This document shows, one piece after another, positions 24,061 to 35,297 of a stretch of DNA of 64,000 nucleotides; the stretch's first letter is position 1, and each line of letters starts with the position of its first letter. Source of the stretch: Antedon mediterranea (lineage: Eukaryota > Animalia > Echinodermata); assembly GCF_964355755.1 (NCBI RefSeq), contig NC_092677.1, positions 26,399,175 through 26,463,174 of the forward strand, given 5' to 3'. The notes under the pieces were generated by a model. That model worked only from the letters and a program-made list of their open reading frames with translations, searched no databases and was not told the DNA's origin. A program made the position numbers and the translations under genes.

Positions 24061-24750
24061 TTGGTTTCTAAACATTTTTCTTGACTTGAAGCTATGGTGA
24101 AAGAGCAAGGTCCGTTAGACAAATTATTAGATCTAATAAAAAATTATTTATAATTATTAAAATTACTGACATTTTAACAGCTGTTTTCAAGGAATGTAGT
24201 TAATGATTCGTGTATTTCTTAGTTAACAAAACGCCTAAAGGATTATAAACATGGATCTCAGAATTATATGCAATGGTTTATGCATCTTTTGTATTACAAC
24301 AAAATCATAGGTACAGTAAGAAATTATTATTATTGTATTTATTTCTTTATATACATATTTTTTATATTATTGACCGATTATCCAAAATAGTTCAGTGTTA
24401 ATGATTTCCAAATTTCAAATTTACCTTTTAGTGAGATCTAACTTATCCAATATAGGCCTACTGTGTTGTGAGAGCATGTGGTCCAAATATTGTCAGTAGC
24501 TTCTTATTTGGCTCCGTAATTATAGACATATATTCTGGTAACATTGATTCTTCTGTACATGGATACGCAAAGTTTCTTAAGTTAAACAAACAACGGTAGG
24601 TAAAACAAATACGTCCTGCTTGTTCGACGGTCAGTAGTTGAGAGACAGACCAAGAAAAAAGGTTTGCATGCCGTAAATAACACCTGCTAATTGATATGCA
24701 AATTGCCTCTACAACCTTATATTTATTAATAGTTTATTAACGTACTTTCT

Positions 24751-25316
24751 TATTACCTCCACCAAGGAGGTTATATTTTCACCCCTGTATGTTTGTGTGC
24801 ATTGTGTGTGTGTCTGTCTGTCTGTGAACAGCCTTGAGTTCACAGTTTTTTTGCGATTCTCACCAAATTTGGCCACAATGATCTATGCCCCAAAGGCTCG
24901 GACGAGTTCGAATTTGAGGGGAAAGGTCATAACTAACAAAAAACTATTTTCCTGTCTAGAGACCACAGTTTTTATCCGATTCTCACCAAACTTAGCCACA
25001 ATGATCAATGACTCATCATATAATTGTGGTTAAATTTTGAAGGGTCAGGGTCAAAGATCAAGGTAAAAAAATAATAATAATAAAAAAAAACCTCAGCGGG
25101 ACTTGAACCAGCGATCTCAACTGTGAGAGGCTGGATACATAACCATTACACCAAACTCTCCTCAACAACTTTGTAGTGTGCAGTTAGCCTATTTACACTT
25201 ATAACTATAATACAAAAAAAATATATAATATATATATATCCAATCTTTTCCGGGGACATTTTATGTAGGGGAACTTTACAGTAGGCGGAGGTTTGCACTC
25301 TCGGAGTAACCTCTAG
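24751..25316 (+). mobile_element. Helentron-type non-autonomous element carrying a tRNA-like segment
   Basis: TATTACCTCC..GGAGG start, TG-rich microsatellite, GGCGGAGG..hairpin..CTAG|TT end. tRNA-like A/B boxes on the minus strand at 25091-25157. Related copy at 27030-27571. Confidence 0.65.
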
Positions 25317-25553
25317 TTAACAATGTTTTTTTTTAATTAACACATTATTATTAATTATTCACTGTTGTTTTCATTTCTTTACATACATATTTTCTTATAG
25401 TTGCGTCAATTTTTGTACAAAAATGTCATTAACATATCAGGTCAGTTTAACAACCGTATGTTAAAATGGCTATTTATAGGCTACTATTGTATTATTCCAA
25501 ATGACATTAAGGTCATATACTTGTAAATGTGATTCTGTGTGTGTCATTTATAG

Positions 25554-28500
25554 CTACTTCTGAAAAAACATCAAAGAACACTGTTTCAGCTTCAGAAAAA
25601 TCAGAAAGCCAAATTAAGGTAAGCATCAAATCAAAGTACACAAATTATAAGAATAAGACTTAGGCCTAAATAAAAGAAATTTCATGTTGGCGGATAATTT
25701 TTAATAAAGTATAAGACGTGGCTAGTTTAGTTACTCTTCAATGGTGACGTTTTTTCCGCGAAGGTTGCATATACCGTACTACCATTATAATGATTACTTT
25801 ATGTTAAGTTCATTCTTTCTGGACGCACCGTTACACCAGAGTACCACTGTCATTTTTCGAATAACGTTTATAATTATTATAGCCATAACTTAATAGGCCT
25901 ACATAAGCTTAATGTGGTTGAATAAATTGTTGCAAAAAATAGCCTGAGTTAATACAGGTATAGTGATTGTCTCCAACGTTGAAAATCCCTAATACGATGA
26001 TAAAGTGCTGTAAGCACTAAAAAGTAGAATTAAAACAATGTTTCATTAAATGATTTACAAATAAAATATGGTATCAAAGTATTCTTTTCGATACTTAACT
26101 ATGAAATTAAAATGCATTTACATACTTTGATTTCGAATTAGGAAATCTAAAGTAAACAAAGTACTGTATGTAGGCACTAAAGTAATGCTAATTAAATACT
26201 GGACGTTATGTAAATTGAACAGGCTACATAATAGTGCACCCCAATCGCCAATGTAAAATTGATTTGATTTATCTGTACCGATAAGATGGTAATTATTCGG
26301 AGAATTCGTAGAATAAAGAACAGTGGGCTACTTCGTTTAAACCCTCACAATTGTGTAGGGACGCTCAGGGCTAGAGTATGTCTAGAATAAAAACGTAGCA
26401 TAATGTTATAGTAATGATCACCTTAAACGAATAATTCGCTGAAAATTATTCCCATTGTAAAAGTAATTACTACGTTCTAAGCTGCAGGTGGCCTCACCGA
26501 TGTACTATTTTGAACACACGCTAAAGCTCTGTCTACACTATCAAAAAAATGTCATGTGCCCATATATGGACATGATGATGTCATATCACCACTATATTTA
26601 AGCATATCACTACCATATTTGGGCATATCACCCTTTTTTTGTCAAAATACTTTTATGGTGTAGACAAAACTTAAGAACATGGAAAGAAACGAATAACCTT
26701 AAATCATCCTATAAATGTTGATTATTAAATGGAAGTGAATTAAAGTAATCCACGACCACGTGGCTTTTCTTTTACTTGAAACGTAACTATCGACCCACCT
26801 CTCTAAACGGTAATGATGCTGTTTACACGGTCAGCTTTTACATTTTACCTATCGGATGTCGCACGGCGGCGTGCATAGCGGACAAACTCTTCGTGTTTGC
26901 CTTTTATAGATAGACAACAGACCCCAAGATTATCTTTCAGATTATCATATATATATATATATATATATAATAGATAAGAAGATGAATAAAAGTGATTGTT
27001 GAAAATTAATACATCTTGGTTAGTTTTAGTTTACCTCAAGGAGGTATATGTAAGCGGTCGCGTGTGTTTGTTTGTTACTTGGCAAAATAAAATTTTGCCA
27101 AGTAGGCCTATAGTGTTTACTTTGTATGTTTGTTTGTTTGGAGACAATTTTCAAAAGCCGGCGAGCAGTCTTAAAGTAACAAGTGTACTGAAATTGCATT
27201 TTCTCGAGAACTACTTGTCCAAAAAACATCATTTTTGTACAAGAGGCAAGAGTTATAAATTGTGATTTGTAATTTTTAAAACATAATTTGATTTATTGTG
27301 CACCTTTGTTGATGCGAGTAGTTCAAAAAACCTATTTCTTTTCAAATTCCCTCGTTTGATTTTCGCGTTGCTGTTCTATTGTCAACTGAAGCTAATTGTT
27401 AATAACCATTACACCAAACTCGCATACACATGCTTGTAGTGAAATTAGCCTAAATCACAAACAGCATTAAGACACACACAAATATATATATGTATATATT
27501 TTCCCGGAGAAATCTTATGTAGGAGAATTTTACAATAGGCGGAGGTATGCATTCTCGGAGTGGCTTTCTAGTTTAATGTACATTCGTTTTGGATCTCTTT
27601 CCTGGGTCCTACAGAGAAAAAGGTTTAACTTCTTTATATACTTTGTACTCATATGGTTTTTATTTCAATATTAGCTAAATAGTGTTCAAGAAATTAAATG
27701 AAATACTACCATAATCGACGTACTTATTACATTGCGGTAATACAGGTGATTGATTGTGGGAGTGAGATTACGCTTGACGATGTTCACAGTTTAAAGGCTA
27801 AAATAAATGATGCTGAGTTTGTTAATGCTACAAAAAGACTGATCTGCGAGACATCACAGTGGGTTCTTAGGAATGCAGAGATTCGCATAGCATCTGATCC
27901 ACCATACTCATTGTGCACAGGGAACAATGCTAATAAATTGTCATTGTATAGAGGGGAAGATGGGTCAATTAAGACTGACAGATCAGGAGACAAGGTAATC
28001 AGAGGTTTTGTTTTATTTACAACTTTTAAGTGTACCGGAATGACAAAATAAAATCATACAGTAGGCCTACATTACTTGTAATTATAATACCATACTGATG
28101 CATATTGTTTTAACACAGACAGTTGACTGTGGAAATGAGATTACACTTCAACATCTTCAAAGTTTAAAACCTGAAACAAAGGATGAGGATAAATATTTGT
28201 TTGATGCTACTAAAAGACTGATCTGCCAGACACCAGAACGGGTTCTTAAAGACGCAGTTATTGTCATATTGACTGATGATTCAACATACTCACTGTATGC
28301 AGGGGACAAGAATTATGAATTTGAAATATGGGTCAATTAAGACTAAAAAGAAGGCAGGAAAAAAGGTTATCAGATGTTTTACTTTATTTATAACGTTAAA
28401 TTACTGGAATGGCTACATAAAACCATACTCTATTATTATACTACCATAATCGATGTACTTAAAGTATGATTGTTTTAACACAGGACGTACAGATGGTTGA

Positions 28501-29277
28501 TTGTAAAAGTGAGATTACACTTGGAGATGTTCAAAGTTTACAATTGGAAACAAATGATGCTGATAAAGATTTTATTCAAGTTACAAAAATGCTGGTCTGC
28601 AAGACACCAACGTGGGTTCTTAAAGATGCAGAAATCCTTATAGCATCTGATCCACCATACTCATTGTGTGCAGGGAACAGGGCTAATAAATTCAAAGTGT
28701 ATAGAGAGGACGATGGGTCAATTAAGATAATAAGGAAGGCGATAACGAAGGTACGTAATTAGGTCTTTTGCTATATTTGACTTTAAATCATTGGAATGAC
28801 AACATAAAACACACATTACTTGTATATAATACTACCATAATGACGTACATTGTTTTAACACAGAAAGTTGACTGTGGAAGTGAGATTACAATTGGAGATG
28901 TTCAAAGTTTGCAATTTGAAACAAGTGATGATGATAAAAATTTCTTAGATGCTACTAAAATACTGATCTACGAGACACCAAGGTGGGTTCTGGAAAATGC
29001 AGAAATTGAAATATCAACTGATGATTCAATATACAAAATGTATGCAGGGGACAAGACTCATGGATATGTAGTGTTTAGAGACAAAGATGGGTCAATTAAG
29101 TCCACCTCACAAAAAAAACGTGGTTGGAGGAATTTGCTATATAATTTATATATAGATGACTCGGATAGTTGGCTCCCGATTGCACCTCTAATGCTTTGTT
29201 CTAAATTAGCTATCGAGGGGCGGAATGTCAGAAGCGCAGCAAGCGATGAAATCAAGGGGGGATCATCCACTAATTGA
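25554..29277 (+). pseudogene. Cassette C: linker exon plus four X exons, join(25554..25618,27746..27994,[28119..28365],28484..28750,28864..29277); no DED/TRADD-N exons; pseudogene or alternative 3' cassette
   Basis: Duplicate of gene B from its exon-3 donor onward (24310 onward matches 12711 onward). The second X exon has a 14-nt deletion (stop at 28340) and a GTTATC donor. The other exons are open with intact splice sites. Confidence 0.7.
27030..27571 (+). mobile_element. Helentron-type non-autonomous element
   Basis: TTACCTC..GGAGG start, GGCGGAGG..CTAG|TT end; absent from the paralogous intron at ~17260. Confidence 0.6.
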
Positions 29278-29717
29278 GTATTTTGCGATGGGCTGGGGGA
29301 TTAATGGACCGCCAAGGGCCCCGGTCGGAGGCTTTGGCGTTCCAGGGCAACCTAGATCATTTGAATCGGTGTACGCGCACAAATATGACAATATTATTGT
29401 TAAGACTAATACACTTTAACAAAAAAACAACTCTCATTTTTATTACAGAACTTTTTATATTCCTACCAAACATACAACCAAATGTATTGATTTTTTTATT
29501 TTTAAATCAGTTTCCGGCTATAGACTTTGACCTGATTCACCCGCGTACCGTACCCCGAACCCGACTACGCGATGTACTATGTTGCTCCAGTGTTCTTGCC
29601 TTGTGTTTGTGATTACGCAATACGGTACTTTGCAACGATATGTCGTTTGTTTAAAAAAAAATGCCATTTTACGATTCGTTGTGACAATTTTTTTTTTTGC
29701 TAAAACAAATAGGGGGC

Positions 29718-31100
29718 AGAACCCCGTGACACAACCGTAGGATTAACGAGAGGGGGTTTCCCCCAAACACTACAAATTTGAGCCACAGCCACCACATTCA
29801 TGGTAAATGGCACCCACCTCCCATCACTATAATCTAGTTGTCCCCGGAAATGACACTCGTACCTTTTCTGCCGACAGTGTTTTGTTTTGATTTGCGTACA
29901 ATGCGTAGTCAGTACTGTTATATATTGTTTAAAAAAGAGGTTAAAAAAAGCCTGATTAGCACACGCCTAAACCCGCGCCTCATGACCACGAAAGTGGCAA
30001 TCGAGTTGCGTAGCACCGACAGGGTTGAGTTTAAAGGGGGTTTAGAAAGGGTTTCTCTATCCCGAACGTAAGACAATTTTGAAGAAAAAAAACACGAAGT
30101 GCTTACAAACTGTTATAGTGCAATCTTAATTGCAAGATAACAGGATTTTTTTCGACGAACTTTGATCAAAACGCTCGAAATGAACATCTGACCCCGCAGT
30201 ATGCACGTGCGGAAAACGTGCGTGGTACTATGTTGTGTCAACTTGAGATATACACTCTACAGCCGGGCGAATAACTCAATGTAAAGAGTGGTTGCAGTGA
30301 TCGCCGTGTCTATAACACATTTCAAAATTGCCGCCATTTTGGACAATTTGTCTTTTCTGTTTATGGCATTAAAAGATGTTATCAAGATAGAAATAAATTC
30401 AATCATAAGTAACAATAAATGTTCAACTAATATTTCACATCATTTGTGTAACAGAACAAGTTTAACGTTAGAAAATGTCGACGCAATATAGTCATTTGTC
30501 TCGTTCCATCGACAAATGCTAAACCCAATGATCCGGTAATTTCTATTGTCATTGGAATAACATCAGTTGAAATAAACACAATATCTAGAAGACTTGCATT
30601 GTAAATGTTATGCTTCATTTAGAATAGAAAGTACACGCACACAATACGTGCGATGGTTGATTTCTTTATAATGTGTATATCGGACATTGTCAATAATACA
30701 GACAGATATTTGTAAAGAATCGTTCACAACCTAGTTACAATATTATTATTTCAATATAGACACATAACTACACGATTTAGGAATGATACGTAATTTATAG
30801 TAATTATTTAATTTGGTCATAAAACCGACTTTGGCTAAAATCTTGCTGCGGAGCCGATATGAACAAAAATATGGTACCGCCTTGTTAATTGTATACAACA
30901 GGGTCGCAATTTATTATTCTAGGGCACCGGAGTTATATTAGAGCGATTGATTACAGTTTCGTTAATAACAAATAAGTTTGATTTTGATTATGATGGTAAC
31001 AGGTAAGTTTAATGATACGTTGATATGAAGTTTGCGGTACACCACGACGTTTATTTTAGAACTATATATACGTGGTGTGCCGCAAACTTTATAACAACAT
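29718..31100 (+). repeat. Segmental duplicate of ~7188-8872
   Basis: Colinear match from ACCCCGTGACACAACCGTAGG to GCCGCAAACTTTATA..AACATAT. Confidence 0.8.
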
Positions 31101-31363
31101 ATGAATTGGTTTCTAAACATTTTTTTGACTTCATGCTATGGTGAAAGAACAAGGTCCGTTAGACAAATTATTAGGTCTAATCAACAATTATTTATAATTA
31201 TTACAATTACTGACATTTTAACAGCTGTTTTCAAGGAATGTAGTTAATGACTCGTGTATTTCTTAGTTAACTAAACACTGAAAGGATTATAAACATGGAT
31301 CTCAGAATTATAGTGACGCAGAACATAATTCAACAGTTAATGTATCTTTTGTATTGGGCCGGT

Positions 31364-33330
31364 TTAAGATATTATACATCTAGATGTATATCTTTCATGT
31401 ATATGGAACTCTCCCTTCGAGTCAACATAACCTGTAACCTCTTTCTGCTGATCTGTTTCTCCAGATGAAATGTGAAATGAAGAATTACCCTGACCGTAAA
31501 GAGATAGTTTTACGTTCTTGTAACTGGTTGCTTTATCAGTCTCTAACTTGGTCATGAACGCTTGTAGTAGTCTTCGTAGTCCAGTCTGTTCTTTCGTTTG
31601 TTGAGCGCCCTCATTTCCACAAAGTTTGAGTATGATATTTGCAAGTGTACGTTTGTTTATTTCATCGACGCAAAACTGAAAGTTTATAACAATAATTAAA
31701 CTGATGAAAACAATTAGTAGTAGTTATGAATCATTTCAATGACAGTGACGTCACAGAACATTTTAGCCACATGGACCTATAATATCCATATATCAGATTG
31801 ATATTACTTTTTTAAATCCAGAAAATGTTCGTTGATAAAAGAGCAAATATAAGAAAGAGAAGTATTGCCTATAGAGGGGGTAAATATTTAGAATCGTTTG
31901 CCTGATCCCAAAAGTGTCAAACTAAAATTGGAAATTTAAAAAAAAAAATACAACAAAAATACTCACTCATGTAGAGTCCACTTATTATTATTTGTTATCA
32001 TTATTGTTATTTGATATTTTAACTTTTTTAATTGTTGTTTTTGCTAATTAGATATAATTTAAAAGGTAAAGTGTTTAAGAGCTTCGGCTCGTTACATAAT
32101 CCATTTTGTAGAAAGAAAAAAATAATTTTCACTGAGTAACATAAAATTACTTTATGTCTCAATTTTGCTTAATATAGACCTTTTCCAAAAGTCTTAAATA
32201 AAAAAAATCCTAAGACCTACCATGACTTCTTCGCGGTGTTTATCATTCAGGTGAACCATTACAGCAAACTTCTTCGCACAGCTGCTATTAAATGTAACTT
32301 GTTCTCCATTCAAGCCACAAAATATTAGCTTTAAGTTAGAAAACCCTTTTTCTCGAAACGAACTTGTGAAATCTTTCCAGTAGGATAGATGATTGGTCCA
32401 ATCTTGAACTGGTAGGTTTAATGTCTCAAAGTCGGGTTCAGAAGGCCTGTCACGTAGGTCAACAGAAGATAAATCTTCAAAAACACGAGATATACATCTG
32501 TGACTTTCTTCATTGGCAAGACAAGAACAATCTGGAAGGTCCACAATCCACTATAAAATACAATGTATATCAATTCAGAGAAACACTGATGAAGGGCTAG
32601 TGCAATTTTTCTCTCCGGCTGTTTCACTTTATCGTTTTGGTTTAGCATATTTTATTTGTATCTCCATTGAGGTTCAAACACATTTTTTCAGTAATATGTC
32701 TTTGAATTTAATTCAGAGAAACACATTTTAATATGTCATATGAAAAATGATCAATGTGATTAAAGTTAACTTTTAGTAGGCTTTGTATTCAACTTAACTA
32801 TTATCAATGTCGTGAAAAATAGTAGGCATAGTAATGTACTTATTAAATAATAAGTTCTTATAAGCCTTTTATATCGGTAAAATATAAGATTTGACAACCC
32901 TTTGAGAACAATATTATGTTCTCGAGAAATATATTTTCCTCAGCTAGCGCTTCGGGAAATATATATTCCCTCGAACAAAATATCATTCTCTCAGGGATGT
33001 CAAAACTTATATTTACCCTCTAAGCAGTCAATATCTGTATAATAATGTACTGTAAAAGAAGTATATTACATTGGTATTTACTCTCCATGTGTTTATCGTC
33101 ACCTTCAACGTATACTCGGCAACAGTAGCTTCACAACAACGGGGAGGCCTACTCCATTCAATGGTACCAACGCTCGTCTTTCCATGACTTTTTGTTGCAA
33201 GAAAATCTGCGCATGCGTTTGCAAATTGACGTTGTGTTTGTATGGCTTCATTATTCGTTTGAACGTTTGTTTGTTGAAATATATCATCTACAACAGATTT
33301 CAGTTTCTTGATACTGAATTCATTCTTTTG
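31364..33330 (-). CDS. Gene D: unknown protein of at least 296 aa ending in a CaaX motif; complement(join(31364..31675,32221..32550,33082..33330)); start exon not resolved
   Basis: Three open exons (249, 330, 312 nt), all phase 0. Acceptors ttttcccAG, ttttatAG, cttttcAG; donors GTAAAT, GTAGGT. Ends ..RYTSRCIIS*. Confidence 0.7.
32876..33017. repeat. ~140-bp imperfect palindromic element in a gene D intron
   Basis: GGTAAAATATAAG.TTTGACA.CCCT...AGGGATGTCAAAACTTATATTTACC around the centre CCTCAGCTAGCGCTTCGGG. Confidence 0.6.
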
Positions 33331-34063
33331 CTGGGAAAAAAGATGAATCGAATTTCATTACGCCTGAATGAAAATTCTATATACATTTTTACATACATCT
33401 TTTTTTTTAATTCGGTAGCATGACTGTTAATTAATTAAAATCATTGATAAAAACTCTTATGTTATAATGTAGAAACTAACACAAATTAGTATGTATTATA
33501 CATACATATTAATAAAACAGAATATCGCCATTTATAGTGAATATATAGTAGACCGTATATCCCCAGCATTTGATTCAGTCTCTGGAAAAACCGCTGACAA
33601 AAATATATAGCCATTATTATTATTGGGCCACCGGTACGTAAATCATGTTTTTTAACTGACCGAAGAAATATGATTATTTTTATAGACTAAATACTTTATT
33701 ATTGTTGAAATAAACATCCTACTACTCAAATCTCAAACTACCTATAAGCTCCATAAATATCTAACAGTAGCGCCTAATAAACAATTCATTTAAAAATGCT
33801 CATCTACCGATTTGGAACAGCAACCACACTAGCTATATATATCACACTGAATGAGTACTGTATTGATATTACCAGTACATGGACGTGACACATGGGCCGT
33901 TCGGACAGATTACCGGCTAAGTTCCGGCCGTTCCTATCCACTAAAGTTAGCCTAATGAAAGTGAGTAAATTATGAATAGGCCTACCATTGATTCGGTGTC
34001 TCCCGTGGAAATCCACCACTGACAAAAATGTGCTGCCATCATCTAGGCCTAGCCAGGTGCTGA

Positions 34064-34240
34064 ACTTACATACAAGAGATACAGTACACTACAATCAGAA
34101 AGAGTTGACTTGTTGAATGAAGTTGTGTGCACCACCAACAATAGGTTGACGTCACTTCATTTACATTTAAAGATTGGAAATTCCAATAAGAATATTTTAG
34201 AAAAGCAAACAGTCGGTTTCCAAGCATTTGGTTGGTAAGT
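34064..34240. promoter_or_regulatory. Putative bidirectional promoter between genes D (-) and E (+)
   Basis: Minus-strand GTAAGT donor at 34069-34064; CRE TGACGTCA 34147-34154; kB-like TGGAAATTCCA 34175-34185; plus-strand GTAAGT donor at 34235. Confidence 0.55.
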
Positions 34241-34627
34241 ATGGTTAATACCCTTGAAATATTTTAGGTTTACTTACCACCACTAAAATTTCACCGTATA
34301 AATATAAATCCTAGCTACTAGCTGCAGAATTTCGTAGTAAAAAAGGTGTCTTTGATGACAACAATTTAATATAACAAAACCTGGAATTACCAAGCCGACG
34401 AGAGAGCTTCGTACTGCTGGAACGATTGGTGTGTAGGCCAAATTACGTGTGCGTGGTTTGTTTCCGACCATCAGAATGGAAGGTGTTTCGTTGCAAAGTG
34501 AAACATGGTAGGCCTTAAAGGTTTTAAGTTTGGTGGAAATTAAAAAGAAAAGCTACTTCTTATTTTTGGTTTAGGTGAAGCCGCATATTTGGTTGGTGTT
34601 CTACATTCTCTATAACATAAACTCAAC

Positions 34628-35297
34628 ATGCCAAAGGAGGTACGGGTAAACATATTTTTGTAGTAAAATTATTGTCCACTATATATTATAATGTTTCGCA
34701 CTCGGTATTCATAACAACTAAAGTACGTAACAATGCTTTTAAAAAGGTTTAAGTTACCAGGGCATTAGGTACACCGGCAGGTTATTTAAGAAAAAAAGAT
34801 AACAGTGATTGTTTTTTTAAATTTGAAGTGAACAAATAAAATATTCATCATTCCAAATCCAAGGGAATATATAAAGGATATAATCGTATTAACAAAAATA
34901 CCATTTAATGTATTCAAATATTGTTTTTACACAGGTTGATATTGATTGTGGAAATGAGATTACCCTTGGAGATGTACAGAGTTTAATCTATAAAATAGAT
35001 GAAAATTTAGTTGATGGTACCAAGAGACTGGTTTGCAAGACAGAAAAGTGGGTTCTTAAAGATGCAAAAATAATTATAGCATCTGAGCCACTATACTCAT
35101 TGTTTGCAGGGGACAAGGCTAATGTATTCACAGTGTATAAAGAAAAAGACGGGTCAATTAAGACTGAAAAAAAGGCGCGTGGTTGGTTGAAATGGTTCTA
35201 TGATGCATGTGTCTGGGTTAAAGATAACGTTTCGATTAGAGAGATACTAAGCATCATACTTTTGTTTTCGTCTAGTAAGAGAGCTATCAAAAATTAA
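34628..35297 (+). CDS. Gene E: stand-alone single X domain plus amphipathic/hydrophobic tail, 124 aa; join(34628..34639,34935..35297)
   Basis: Acceptor at 34574, aacATGCCAAAGGAG|GTACGG micro coding exon, then tttttacacAG|GTTGAT exon open to TAA. AATAAA lies right at the stop. Confidence 0.75.

Noticed and set aside
25091-25157. Functional tRNA-Glu gene
   Set aside because: The acceptor stem does not pair and it lies within a repeat; kept only as tRNA-derived sequence.
33105-33287. ORF-track 60-aa ORF as the start of gene D
   Set aside because: A different minus-strand frame is open across the whole 33330-33082 exon and splices in phase; candidate ATG exons at 33.5-33.8 kb could not be resolved.
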